From the IMG/VR virus record IMGVR_UViG_3300001460_000022, positions 5,780 through 69,779 of that record: 64,000 nucleotides of DNA, one strand, 5' to 3'. The notes beneath the pieces are model-generated. The model saw nothing but the letters and a program-made list of their open reading frames with translations. It had not been told where the DNA came from and did not search any database. Positions 27,357-37,906 of this stretch are shown here, piece after piece (positions within the stretch are counted from its first letter, which is position 1; each line of letters starts with the position of its first letter). The stretch comes from a virus. Both the position numbers and the translations under genes were made by a program.

Positions 27357-27394
27357 ATTACAATAGATTATCTTTTATAAGTTACACGAATTCA

Positions 27395-27955
27395 ATGAAA
27401 TTTACTCTTTATAAGCCAAACTCTAAAAATACAGGTGCTGCATTTAGTTTTGATCTAGCAAAAGACAAGAAGGGCAATGCAGTTATGTATGTCTCAATGA
27501 TCCAACAACATAGTTGGAATGATAAAACAAAAAGTGGCTCTTTTAAGGAAAACGCCAAAAATCCAGAAAAATCTGGCACAATTAAACTTTCGGCAAACGA
27601 AGCTGGGGAAGTTCTTTCTTCATTTAAAACGAGAATCCCTTTCGTAGCCTTTCATAGAAGGAATGAAGATACAACTATAATTAAATTTACTCCTTGGGAC
27701 AAAAAAAGAAAAATTATGGCAAAAGATGGAGAACAGTGGCACGAAACTCCTGCTTTTGGGGTGAGTGTCACAAGAAATTCATCTATGACATTTAAACTTC
27801 CTCTAGAAGCTGGAGAAACAGAGGTTTTATCAGAACTTCTTAAAAAATATATTTTAGAATCTTTTATTGTAGCAGACGCATACAAACCTCAAGCTCCAAA
27901 AGAAGAGCCTCAAGAAGCTACTCCAGATATTGAAGATTCAGATGTCCCATTCTAA
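27395..27955 (+). CDS. Putative single-stranded DNA-binding protein
   Basis: Aromatic and basic beta-rich body with an SSB-type acidic tail, EDSDVPF. Confidence 0.6.
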   Translation: MKFTLYKPNSKNTGAAFSFDLAKDKKGNAVMYVSMIQQHSWNDKTKSGSFKENAKNPEKSGTIKLSANEAGEVLSSFKTRIPFVAFHRRNEDTTIIKFTPWDKKRKIMAKDGEQWHETPAFGVSVTRNSSMTFKLPLEAGETEVLSELLKKYILESFIVADAYKPQAPKEEPQEATPDIEDSDVPF

Positions 27956-29648
27956 AAAACTAAAAATATTAGTTCACTCTAATCATAGTAGACTTGTTAC
28001 TGGCTTCGGTAAGAATGCAAGAAATATTCTTCTGGAATTACATAAAGATCAAGACATTGAAGTTATAGAGGCTGCGAATGGAGTTAAATATGGGGCCGAC
28101 TTAATGACTCCTTGGGAAAGTTATGGAACGCACCCCACTAACCCAAGTATTTTACAAGCTATTAAAGGAGATGGGCCAAAAGAAAGAATGGCTCAGTATG
28201 GATTTTATACTATTGATGAAATTATAGAAAAATGTAATCCTGATGTATATCTTGGGATTGAGGATATCTGGGCTTTCTCAGAATATCAAAATAAACCGTG
28301 GTGGGGGAAGTTAAACAAAGTTCTTTGGACCACCTTGGACAGCTTACCTATTTTAGATCAAGCCTTACAAATGGAACCTCTTTGTGATAAGATGCTAGTA
28401 TGGGCATCTTTTGCAGAAGAAGAGATGAAAAGACTTGGTCACAAAAATGTGTCTACATTACACGGGGCAGTTGATTATAGTTATTTTAAGCCACTCGAAA
28501 ATAGAAATGAAATAAGGAAAAAATTTGACCTAGATGATTGTTATATAATTGGTTTTGTTTTTAAGAATCAATTAAGAAAATCAGTGCCAAACTTATTGCA
28601 AGGGTTTAAAACTTTTAAAGAAAAAAACCCTGAAGCAAACGCCAAACTTCTACTTCATACTGATTGGGGAGAAGTTGGTCAGGGATGGGACATTCCTAGA
28701 TATATAAGGGAAATGGGAATTGATCCAGAAGATGTATTATCTACATATGTCTGTCATGCTTGCGACTTTTACACTGTATCACACTATCAAGGAGAAGATA
28801 AAGATTGTCCTAGATGCAATGCTAAAAAAACTTTTAAAACTAAAAGTAGCTTTAAAGGAATTGGAGAAAGGGAATTAAATGAACTATATAATTGCATGGA
28901 TATATATTGTCATCCCTTTACTAGCGGGGGTCAAGAATTACCAATTCAAGAAGCGAAGGCTGCTGGATTAATTACTTTAGTAACAGAATATTCATGCGGC
29001 AAAGATTCTTGTTATAAAGATCAAGGAGGAATCCCTCTTAAATGGAATGAATATAGAGAACCTCAAACACAATTTATCAAAGCCTCAACTTGCCCAAACG
29101 ATATAGCAGATAAGTTAAAACAAGTTTATAAAATGAGTGATGTTGATAAGTCCGAATTATCGACAAGAGGCATGGAATATGTAAAAGAAGAATTTTCTGT
29201 AAAAGTAATATCACAAAAATTAAAAAAATTACTCTTTAATTTAAAAAAACCAACTTCTTCTGAAGAAGAAAACAAAAAACAGAACCCTTTAAGTATAGAG
29301 GATGTTATCGATGATGAAGGCATTGAAAATAGAATAGCGGTTGTAATGCCAGAATCTGCTGGTGATGTATTAATTATCAATTCTTTAATGGACAACCTAA
29401 AAAGTCTTTACCCAGAAAAGAATATTTATGTTTTTACTAAACCTGAATTCTTCCAAATGATAGAGGATAATCCCAACGTACATAAAATGCTGGCATATCA
29501 ACCATCTTTAGAAAATCTTCTTATGCTAGAAGGAAGAGGAAATCATCAAGGTTATTTTGAAATGGCATTTTTGCCCAACATAGGAACTCAAAGACACTTA
29601 AATTACTTACATAACGGCAAGGATAAAACACAATTTAAATTAAGATGA
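27942..29648 (+). CDS. GT4-like glycosyltransferase with a zinc-ribbon insert and a GT9-like C-terminal domain
   Basis: TGFG, KNQLRK, CHAC...CPRC, SGGQELPIQEA, and C-terminal SAGDVL...DNPNV. Confidence 0.8.
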   Translation: MSHSKKLKILVHSNHSRLVTGFGKNARNILLELHKDQDIEVIEAANGVKYGADLMTPWESYGTHPTNPSILQAIKGDGPKERMAQYGFYTIDEIIEKCNPDVYLGIEDIWAFSEYQNKPWWGKLNKVLWTTLDSLPILDQALQMEPLCDKMLVWASFAEEEMKRLGHKNVSTLHGAVDYSYFKPLENRNEIRKKFDLDDCYIIGFVFKNQLRKSVPNLLQGFKTFKEKNPEANAKLLLHTDWGEVGQGWDIPRYIREMGIDPEDVLSTYVCHACDFYTVSHYQGEDKDCPRCNAKKTFKTKSSFKGIGERELNELYNCMDIYCHPFTSGGQELPIQEAKAAGLITLVTEYSCGKDSCYKDQGGIPLKWNEYREPQTQFIKASTCPNDIADKLKQVYKMSDVDKSELSTRGMEYVKEEFSVKVISQKLKKLLFNLKKPTSSEEENKKQNPLSIEDVIDDEGIENRIAVVMPESAGDVLIINSLMDNLKSLYPEKNIYVFTKPEFFQMIEDNPNVHKMLAYQPSLENLLMLEGRGNHQGYFEMAFLPNIGTQRHLNYLHNGKDKTQFKLR

Positions 29649-30769
29649 GTCATTTAGCTGAAGAATATGCAAAATCATGTGGGGTTAAAATTGGGAAACC
29701 GACTTTAAAGCCTCACTATTTTCCGATTTTGCAAGAAAAATATATAACAATCCACAATGATAAAAAAGTTCAATCAAAGGAATACAACATGTGGAATGAT
29801 GTTATTGATCTAATTAAACCTGAATTAGAAGATATTAAAATTATTCAAGTAGGAGCTTTTGGAGAAGATAAAATTGAAGGTGTCGATTTCCACATTCCTA
29901 CAAGCACACTAAAACAATGCGCTTATATAATTCAGAAAGGTATGGGACACGTTGGGATTGATAGCGTTCCAGTTCATATAGCTTCAGCACTAGATAAGCC
30001 TGTTGTGAGCATCTATGCTCACACTTATGCCAGCACATGCTCTCCACTTTGGAATGAAAAATCTAAATCAATAATTATTGAATCTGATAGAGGAGGAAAC
30101 AAACCCTCTTTTTCTTTAGAAGAAAGCCCAAAAACAATTAATTTCATTAAACCAGAAAAAATAGCACAAGCTATTCTTGATATCTTAAATATCGATAAAA
30201 CAATAAATCATCAAACTCTTTTTATAGGAAATAACTACACCTCTAATTTTGTCGAAATAATTCCAACAGAGAAAACTGGAGTTACTTCTGGTCATATAGA
30301 TGTAAGAATGGATTATGCTCATAATGAGGATGTCTTGGCAGATATTCTTCAAAGGAATAAAGCTGAAGTTACAACCTCAAAGCCTATCCACGAAAGTTTT
30401 TTAACATCTGGGAGAATCAATAAAATTATATATAAAACAGAAAAACTTGATCAAGAATTTTGTGAGGCCGTAAGAAAATCAGGCGTTTCTAATATTTTTA
30501 TATGCACATCTCCTGAAACCATATCTGAAGAACGACTAAATAATTTTGATCTTTTAATCAATAAATTAGATATTAAAGAAATAATTAAAAATAATAAAAA
30601 AAGAATTGAGATCAAAGACTTTGATAAAATCAAAATTAAAAGTGGGAAAAAAGTAGTTTGCGGGCAAGAAATTTACGAAAGTTTTTTTGACTTAAATAGC
30701 CGAAAAAATTTAGATGATTTTTATCTTGATTTAGATTTCTTTAGAGTTTACATTGAACCAGATGAGTAA
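29645..30769 (+). CDS. GT9-like (heptosyltransferase-fold) glycosyltransferase
   Basis: KEYNMW, IIQVG and VGIDSVPVHIASALDKPVVSIY. Confidence 0.8.
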   Translation: MSHLAEEYAKSCGVKIGKPTLKPHYFPILQEKYITIHNDKKVQSKEYNMWNDVIDLIKPELEDIKIIQVGAFGEDKIEGVDFHIPTSTLKQCAYIIQKGMGHVGIDSVPVHIASALDKPVVSIYAHTYASTCSPLWNEKSKSIIIESDRGGNKPSFSLEESPKTINFIKPEKIAQAILDILNIDKTINHQTLFIGNNYTSNFVEIIPTEKTGVTSGHIDVRMDYAHNEDVLADILQRNKAEVTTSKPIHESFLTSGRINKIIYKTEKLDQEFCEAVRKSGVSNIFICTSPETISEERLNNFDLLINKLDIKEIIKNNKKRIEIKDFDKIKIKSGKKVVCGQEIYESFFDLNSRKNLDDFYLDLDFFRVYIEPDE

Positions 30770-31535
30770 GAAAAAAATCTACGGACCAGATATTTATAAG
30801 CGAGATGAGAATGGATTGCTTGAAAATATAGACTACGAATTTAATGAAGATGGCTCTGTTAACTGGCGGGCAATGATTAAAGAGGAGTTTCTTTACCCAA
30901 ACAAAGATTGGTTTGCCTCAAGAAAAAAAGATGTTCCAAGTTCTGTAGAAGGTCTTTCTGATAAGCAGCTTCTTATCATGCTGGGAGGCATTAAGGAACT
31001 CGCCAAGATGCGCGGATACTACAAGGTAGCCTTTAAAACAGAGAATATCGCAGAAGGATATGTCACTGCTAAATGCACTATACAGTGGATTAATAACTAT
31101 GAATCTGCGGCTTGTGGGGTTTCTTACTCTGATGTAGCTAATGCCACTCTAGCAAATACAGACGCTTTTTGTGCTAAATTTCTAGAAACAATTGCTTGCA
31201 ATCGAGCTTTTGTCCGTTGTGTGCGTAATTATCTCAATATTCACATTGTGGGAGCAGATGAGATTGATAAGTCAAAAGGAGCTAATAATTCAAATACAGT
31301 TGAATACGATGCCTCTAGCGACTCTGCCATGTTGCCGTTAACGCCCGCAGGAACGCTTCAGAAGGCTTTGTCTGAAGAGTGGGGAGTAAAGTCCTTTGAG
31401 GACTTTAAACCTCTTCTCAGGGCATTCTGGAAGGAAGAAAAATACAGGAATGAAGAAGCTGCAAATTGGGAATCTTATGGAGATATCCCAGCAAAAGATT
31501 GCAGAAAATTGATCGCACTTTGCAAAAAATCATAA
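30762..31535 (+). CDS. Putative ssDNA-annealing protein (Rad52/Sak-like)
   Basis: GGIKELA...VTAKCTIQW...ETIACNRAFVRCVRNYLNI...DEI pattern resembles an annealase core. Near the SSB-like gene. Confidence 0.45.
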   Translation: MSKKKIYGPDIYKRDENGLLENIDYEFNEDGSVNWRAMIKEEFLYPNKDWFASRKKDVPSSVEGLSDKQLLIMLGGIKELAKMRGYYKVAFKTENIAEGYVTAKCTIQWINNYESAACGVSYSDVANATLANTDAFCAKFLETIACNRAFVRCVRNYLNIHIVGADEIDKSKGANNSNTVEYDASSDSAMLPLTPAGTLQKALSEEWGVKSFEDFKPLLRAFWKEEKYRNEEAANWESYGDIPAKDCRKLIALCKKS

Positions 31536-34049
31536 ACCAAGCGTATTCCGCTGAGAAGCAGTAAATATATTGGAAATATTTGATTTTCTAACAGATGTAT
31601 CCAATCCTCTATCAGTTAACATTTCTTGATCTGGTGGAATTAACTTAATTGTTGATTCATTGATTGTTGTTGTTATACCTTGAGGACCAACTGATATCGA
31701 TAATGAGTTTATAGTAGGGTTGAATTTAGGTATGTGTAATCCATATAAAGTTCTTGAAGAACTTTTTGGGATATCTACGGAATTACTATAATTTCCTCTT
31801 TGTTTTTTTAACGCTTTCATTTCAGAAACATTTCCAGAAGCAGAAAACATAGTCAAATTATTTAACATACTGTATGATGGGGCTTGCACATCGAAAAACT
31901 TTATATCAAAACGATCAAACAAATCTGATACTTTCTGATCGTCAGCCGAGCTATCTGCAATAGCATCATCTTCTGCTTCTTCTCCTTCTTCTCCTAATGG
32001 ATTTACTCTTGTTTTTGCCCGAGTATAAGAAAGCCTCATTGTTTTTTTAGTCTTTTTTGTGGCATTATTCCAATTTGTTAAAGACTGTTTAGCATAACTA
32101 ACAAGGGCTGAAGTGAGGTTCTTTCCGTTGAATGGAATTCTCATTGCCCTACCTGTTCTTGTTGGACCTCCTAACACAAGACCGTGTGTAGCATTGAATA
32201 CAACTAGCTCTGTAAGATTTTGCAAATATCTGAAATCTACAGCTTCATCATCTTTTTTTCTTTCTCTAGATTTTTCTGCCCTGATTCCAACAAAATGAAA
32301 AGGATTAACTTGTCTAGCAGAACTAGTAGCCGCAGCTAGATCTCTAATTCTTAAAAAAGGAACTTTCATCATTTTGAAAAAGTCTTGCACATCTGATAGT
32401 TCATCTATTTCTGATAATAATTCTCTTTCATGGAATGGACCAACAACAGTCATTGTATTAGTATTCTCGAAATTCATTCTTTCTGCCTTATATTGGCTGT
32501 AACCGTTGGATATAAAAAGACCTCCAGAAAATTCAAAAAAAGCTTTTAAAAATCCATATAACTCTGACGTAGAAGGCATTACCATATCTGTAGTTGTTTC
32601 AAATTTGCTGTTTAATTTAATATATTCAAATTTATCCCTTATCCTGTCTAACTTTATATCTCTAAATTCTAACTCTGATATTCTATTAGCTTCTGACATT
32701 GGTTTGTTGGGGAAAATAAATAAAGCATTGTCGGCTTCAGGAGCGGCTTCCTTGGCATCTGGATCGGCACGGGGTGACGGACCATACTTTATAAGTTTAT
32801 CCTTACCTGTTTGTTTATCAATATTACCGAAAGGTTTATCAGTGTAAAGGCCCGCGAGATCTATTTTACCTGCTCTGTCATTCCCTAATCTTTTTTGTAA
32901 TAATGATCTATTCCCATTAAACTTTGTCATCGCGTATACCAAGAATAAAGTATACTTATTAAATAAATCTACATCTGCTGCGTTTTGGTTGAATAAAAAA
33001 TAAAAAACACCTAGTGTTTGACTACTTAATGGGAAATCCGCTATGTTACCATCTCCTCCTACATCTTCAATAATAACTCTTTTAAACACTGATTTTCTAG
33101 GTCTAGCATCATCTTTAGGAGCTTTTCTTTCAGGCTTTTCGGCAGACCCTATGTAAGCATTCACAAGTCTACCCGTATTCTTGCTTTTTGTAAATGAAGC
33201 TGCTGTGATATTTTCATCTGTTGTCCCTGTATAACTCTTAATGTTAATACCAGCAGCCATTTCTGTGTTAACAAATCTAATGGAGCCATTTGTTGGATCA
33301 ACAAACCAAAAGTAACCATAAAATGCTGCGATAGTACCCAAAATACTATCAAGTGTTCCAGTATTTTCAAATAAGATATCTTCATCGTCTGGCATCCCTG
33401 AAACAAATATGCCAACCATAGCCAGAGCTTCTTTAAACTCTTTAGTTGTATAACCAAATTTTAAATCATACTGCGATAAATCTGGATTAGCCTTATAAGT
33501 TTCACTAACTCTTTCATCATTCAAAGATAATTTCTTTTTAAGTTTCCTGTTCTGATATACAAGTGTTATTTTTGAACCATCAAACTGTGCCGCTGATTCA
33601 TAATTATAAATTCTTCCCAGCATTATAACTGATCCAGAAGAATCTATTTTTGGACCTTGAGACTTAAATGCTCTCAAAGGAGAATTTATAACTTCGGTAA
33701 AGTAAGGAACTACACCTTCAAAATTTAATTTTTCAGGACCGCAATTTATTCCCCTAACCAATACCATAAATGATTTTAAACGAAGAGATGTTTTATCAAT
33801 ATATTTTCTACTTATAACTTTTTTAACTGGATCTGCTCCAATACTATGTTGAGTGCAAATAAAATTAGTCATCATTTCAGAAATTTTATCATTTGAGAAA
33901 GAATTTATTTCTCCTAAATCTCCTACTACAGTTCCAAGACCCTCCGAGCCATCTAGGTTTTTAGCATTTAATACTGTTTCTACAGATGCTGTGTGACCTC
34001 CACCAGCATTTGAAAAGTTTAAATTTATTTTTTCTATAGATTCACTCAT
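31530..34049 (-). CDS. Putative tail-tip / baseplate hub protein
   Basis: Last gene of the tail module. YGYFWFVDP..GSIRFV resembles hub proteins. Confidence 0.5.
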   Translation of the reverse strand: MSESIEKINLNFSNAGGGHTASVETVLNAKNLDGSEGLGTVVGDLGEINSFSNDKISEMMTNFICTQHSIGADPVKKVISRKYIDKTSLRLKSFMVLVRGINCGPEKLNFEGVVPYFTEVINSPLRAFKSQGPKIDSSGSVIMLGRIYNYESAAQFDGSKITLVYQNRKLKKKLSLNDERVSETYKANPDLSQYDLKFGYTTKEFKEALAMVGIFVSGMPDDEDILFENTGTLDSILGTIAAFYGYFWFVDPTNGSIRFVNTEMAAGINIKSYTGTTDENITAASFTKSKNTGRLVNAYIGSAEKPERKAPKDDARPRKSVFKRVIIEDVGGDGNIADFPLSSQTLGVFYFLFNQNAADVDLFNKYTLFLVYAMTKFNGNRSLLQKRLGNDRAGKIDLAGLYTDKPFGNIDKQTGKDKLIKYGPSPRADPDAKEAAPEADNALFIFPNKPMSEANRISELEFRDIKLDRIRDKFEYIKLNSKFETTTDMVMPSTSELYGFLKAFFEFSGGLFISNGYSQYKAERMNFENTNTMTVVGPFHERELLSEIDELSDVQDFFKMMKVPFLRIRDLAAATSSARQVNPFHFVGIRAEKSRERKKDDEAVDFRYLQNLTELVVFNATHGLVLGGPTRTGRAMRIPFNGKNLTSALVSYAKQSLTNWNNATKKTKKTMRLSYTRAKTRVNPLGEEGEEAEDDAIADSSADDQKVSDLFDRFDIKFFDVQAPSYSMLNNLTMFSASGNVSEMKALKKQRGNYSNSVDIPKSSSRTLYGLHIPKFNPTINSLSISVGPQGITTTINESTIKLIPPDQEMLTDRGLDTSVRKSNISNIFTASQRNTLGL

Positions 34050-34894
34050 AATAAAAGAGAAGACCCTGATAATGGTTCTTCAAATGATTCGGTTAATCCT
34101 CCACTTATAGTGGCATCAAAGCCCGTCTTAATAATATTTACACCTGTGTAAAGTTCTAGATAATTACTTTGTGACTGAAGAATACCATTAACATAATAAT
34201 TATTTCTTTTTTCTATATATCCATCGGTAAATATAAAATCTGAATATCGCCCTGTTTGAGAAAATGTTCTTTTTGTTTTTTTATGAGCCGTATATTTAAA
34301 TTGATCTTGATTTTCTAGCTTAACAACTCCTGCAACATTCGCAGCAGTTGAGAAAAGTGGAATAAAGTCTAAATCTGTTGTCCCCATAGAAACACCTACC
34401 CCCACTCCAGAATATACTTTTTGTCCATTTAAAAAATAATCACAATCATTAAAGGTTACTGACCCGATACCTGCATTTATGTTTGTTTTTAAAGATTGTC
34501 CAAAATCTCCAGTCGCTGCAAATAGACCTCCAGTAACAATATTATATGTTAATTTTGAATCTCCGTTTTCTGGAGTTGTTTGATGAAAATATAATTTAGC
34601 TTTATCAAAATCATCTGACTCGTCTCCCTTTGTAAAAAAATCTCCTGTTTTTATATTATAAAAAGTCTCATTTGTAATCGTGGAAGTTAAAGGAACTTCT
34701 TGAAATAAACTCTGCCCATTCAAATATAAAGATACTTCTTGCTGGCCCGTGCTTACGGATCTGTCATAGAAAAAATCTCCTAAACTTCCAACAGCATCTC
34801 TATTTAATAAATCAAAAGTTTTCGTCCCTAAAATTTCCGAAGAACAATCAGAAACCAAAGCTCCACCAGTGCTTGAAACAACATCATAAATCAT
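34046..34894 (-). CDS. Tail structural protein
   Basis: Three Y/F-LNG/VNG repeats, ~11 [S/T]G dipeptides, and position in the tail module. Confidence 0.55.
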   Translation of the reverse strand: MIYDVVSSTGGALVSDCSSEILGTKTFDLLNRDAVGSLGDFFYDRSVSTGQQEVSLYLNGQSLFQEVPLTSTITNETFYNIKTGDFFTKGDESDDFDKAKLYFHQTTPENGDSKLTYNIVTGGLFAATGDFGQSLKTNINAGIGSVTFNDCDYFLNGQKVYSGVGVGVSMGTTDLDFIPLFSTAANVAGVVKLENQDQFKYTAHKKTKRTFSQTGRYSDFIFTDGYIEKRNNYYVNGILQSQSNYLELYTGVNIIKTGFDATISGGLTESFEEPLSGSSLLL

Positions 34895-36285
34895 TTTCTC
34901 TCCCCCTTATAATAAACGTAATCTTTTTTAAATAAATCTGATGGTCCAGAGAGGCTTACGCCAGAAGCTTTTAAAGCGGGCCTGTCTTCTACTGTTTCAA
35001 AAAGAGGGATCTGAGTAACTCCACTTATATCTGGTAAATCTCCAGCTTGAAATCTAAATCCATACAGTTTCACCCCGACAGTAGCAGAACCAGAAATACC
35101 TTTTCTTTCAATATAGTTTTGAACTTGTGATTCAACGTGACGAAGACCTAATGTTGAAAAAGCGCTATCTCCACTAGGCACATATTGATAACCAGAATCA
35201 GGATGAAGAAGACCTACTTGTTCTTTGTTAAAAGTTGTAACTCCTCCTTCTTCAAATGTATTATATTCAAAATAGACATCACCTTCAAATTTTGAAGCAG
35301 TAGAACTTGCTGTAAGCCCTCCTGTTAACATATATCTACCAGTAGAAATATTTAAACTTCCAGTGTTTTCATAGTCATATCCCGTTATACCTGTTTTAAA
35401 TGTAGTAACTTGTCTATATCCAGTAATTATTTTTTTGGTCGTTGCTCCTGTTTGACTTTCAAAAAATGAACCAATTAACCCACTTCCAATGCTAAACTCT
35501 AAACTTGGAGCGACATAACCAGATAATAAGCAAAAAGAATTCAGACTAATATCAGATGTTCTAAATTCGCCAGAAGGCCCAGCCGTTCCCCCTCTAAAAT
35601 ATTGATTAGAGCCTCCTAAATAAAATTCTGTATTATTACCAATGTAGCTAGAATCCACATTAAATGTCTCAGTCTCTAGGTTATGATTTAAGTAATCAAA
35701 TCTTGAAAGAGATAAGGTGTTTGACCCAACAGAAAACCCAACAATATTTCTTCTCGAAAGTTCTATCGAATTAGCGGTATAAATAAAATCTCCTCCTCTA
35801 TCAAACGATTGATAAAATAGTTTGCCCCTATCATTAACACCAAAATTAAAGCCCCTTGAACCAGTTACGACTAATCCATCAACACTTGTTGAGATTTTTT
35901 CAAGAGAACCAAAAATAACAGAGTCAGAAACTTCATTATTAAATTGAAAATCAACTACACTAGATAAAGAAGAATATTTAACTGCTGGTGTATCTACCCT
36001 TAACGTTGATTTACTTAAATCTGCCATATCATTACCCAGAAAAATTCCTGTAGTAAAGAGTTTCGCACCAGCAACGGTAGATTGTCCAGAATGAGTAACG
36101 ATCCCACTATATATCCCCGTGTTTACAGATGGATCACAATTTTCTATAACCCCATAGTTTAATCCTCCCGCAGATTCATTACCAATGTGTCTTCCACTCA
36201 TACCAGAAAAATCATAATAAGTCAAAATCTTTTGGTTACTTCCAAAAGATTCAATAATACTATAATTTAATCCCGACTGACTCAT
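34891..36285 (-). CDS. Tail structural protein (possible LamG/ConA-like domain)
   Basis: YYDFSG start, FNFGVN..GKL and FYLGG. ~24 [S/T]G dipeptides. Confidence 0.55.
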   Translation of the reverse strand: MSQSGLNYSIIESFGSNQKILTYYDFSGMSGRHIGNESAGGLNYGVIENCDPSVNTGIYSGIVTHSGQSTVAGAKLFTTGIFLGNDMADLSKSTLRVDTPAVKYSSLSSVVDFQFNNEVSDSVIFGSLEKISTSVDGLVVTGSRGFNFGVNDRGKLFYQSFDRGGDFIYTANSIELSRRNIVGFSVGSNTLSLSRFDYLNHNLETETFNVDSSYIGNNTEFYLGGSNQYFRGGTAGPSGEFRTSDISLNSFCLLSGYVAPSLEFSIGSGLIGSFFESQTGATTKKIITGYRQVTTFKTGITGYDYENTGSLNISTGRYMLTGGLTASSTASKFEGDVYFEYNTFEEGGVTTFNKEQVGLLHPDSGYQYVPSGDSAFSTLGLRHVESQVQNYIERKGISGSATVGVKLYGFRFQAGDLPDISGVTQIPLFETVEDRPALKASGVSLSGPSDLFKKDYVYYKGERK

Positions 36286-36286
36286 A

Positions 36287-37906
36287 TTAATAATACCTAC
36301 TCATATTATAAGAAATAGTTTGATCATTTAAACTACTACTTTCGTTAAAAGAAAATACTCCACTGGCATAACCACTAGATATTTCTATTAATTTTTGTAA
36401 ATCTCCAGTTGAAGCTTCACAACTAGCTGCAACAGCATACTCTCCTGCTCTCCTATTTACTAATTTTTGTTTAGCAAATCCCCCTAAACTTGGGACGATT
36501 CCACTCAACTCAATAGGTTTTTTATCTGTTATACTAATTTGCAATCCAGATAATTGACCAGAGGATAAATCTATCCTATTATCAAATTCTAAAGAATACG
36601 AGATAGAACTTTCTTGAGGGCTTTTCGTTATTTGTCTTGAGTTGGGATTTGGGTTTAGAAAGTCTCCGCTTATATTATAACCTGTTGCATCTCCTGTAAA
36701 ATCTTGCAGAGCTTCTATCGCTAAATTCAAAAACCCAGAGTTTGCTATGACACCACTATACTGAGCATCTACTTGTTTAAATCTTTCTCCAGTGGCAGGA
36801 TCTCCAGTGCCTATTATATCAAATGGTCCTTTGTATTTGAATTCTCCATTGATAGACACTCTGACTACTGATTCATCTTTACTAGCAGAAACTGTCGCTG
36901 ATCTAGTATGAAGAATATTCCCACTCCTATCTAAATTTTCTGGATCAGAAAAAGTATATGTAAAATTTACAACATTAGATCCAGTATCTAAATCATAACT
37001 AACAGTAGAAGGTCCATTATTTATAAAAGTATAAGAACCAGTTTCATAATTAGAAAGAGAAGAAGCTACAGCATTTACGGCTACTTGAGTTGCTTGACTT
37101 GAATCAAAAATACCAGTATCTAATAACCCTGTCCCGAATTGAGGAGAATCAAAACTTCCTTGAACTGATCCGTTGACAGTTACATTTAACCCGTCTTGTT
37201 TGTCAAAAGATATTTTTGTTGAACAATTTAAAATTCCAGATTTTGAAACTCCTGTTGTAGTCAAATCTTCGCTAGTGCTATACTTATAAACTTCATCTAT
37301 GGCGTATTCATTACTAGATTTATCGATGTTTTCAGTTCTTGAAAACAAGAACGCATTATTGTTAGCACCTGTTTGGAATAAACTTAAATCTCTACACCCA
37401 GTAGTTCTTCCTGTTACGAAATGTCTAGCATTCACCAAAGGATCACTGCTATCAACTTTAATTCCTTTTGCAGAAACGGAATGACTTACTTCTGTTATTC
37501 TTCCGTTTTGCTCTGAAAAATCCCATTCATCTTTTGGATTTTCTATCCCAAAAAACTGAGAAAAAGTTTCCTCCGAATAACTTTCAAAAGAAACGGAATA
37601 TGGCAAAACTGTTGTTAGATCAGAAGAATCGAAAGAAATTGATATAGGCTTCGCTGATGCGAATTGCTTATTGCTATCGTTATTGCTAATAGTAATAGTT
37701 TGAAATTCTGAAAGCATTCCGCTAATCATTTGCATTTTTTGCAAATGAAGGCCACTCAAGTTAGATCCAGTTAAATTGCCTACTATTTCTATAGAATTTT
37801 TAGTGTGGTCTACTGCTCCTTGGATATATACAGGCTCTACCCCATACCCAACTAATGGAGTCGGGTAAGGAAAACTATAAGATCCATATGTTACGGTTTC
37901 TGCCAT
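36287..37906 (-). CDS. Tail-tip structural protein
   Basis: Second gene after the tape measure. Beta-rich, and similar to 37906-39447. Confidence 0.55.
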   Translation of the reverse strand: MAETVTYGSYSFPYPTPLVGYGVEPVYIQGAVDHTKNSIEIVGNLTGSNLSGLHLQKMQMISGMLSEFQTITISNNDSNKQFASAKPISISFDSSDLTTVLPYSVSFESYSEETFSQFFGIENPKDEWDFSEQNGRITEVSHSVSAKGIKVDSSDPLVNARHFVTGRTTGCRDLSLFQTGANNNAFLFSRTENIDKSSNEYAIDEVYKYSTSEDLTTTGVSKSGILNCSTKISFDKQDGLNVTVNGSVQGSFDSPQFGTGLLDTGIFDSSQATQVAVNAVASSLSNYETGSYTFINNGPSTVSYDLDTGSNVVNFTYTFSDPENLDRSGNILHTRSATVSASKDESVVRVSINGEFKYKGPFDIIGTGDPATGERFKQVDAQYSGVIANSGFLNLAIEALQDFTGDATGYNISGDFLNPNPNSRQITKSPQESSISYSLEFDNRIDLSSGQLSGLQISITDKKPIELSGIVPSLGGFAKQKLVNRRAGEYAVAASCEASTGDLQKLIEISSGYASGVFSFNESSSLNDQTISYNMSRYY

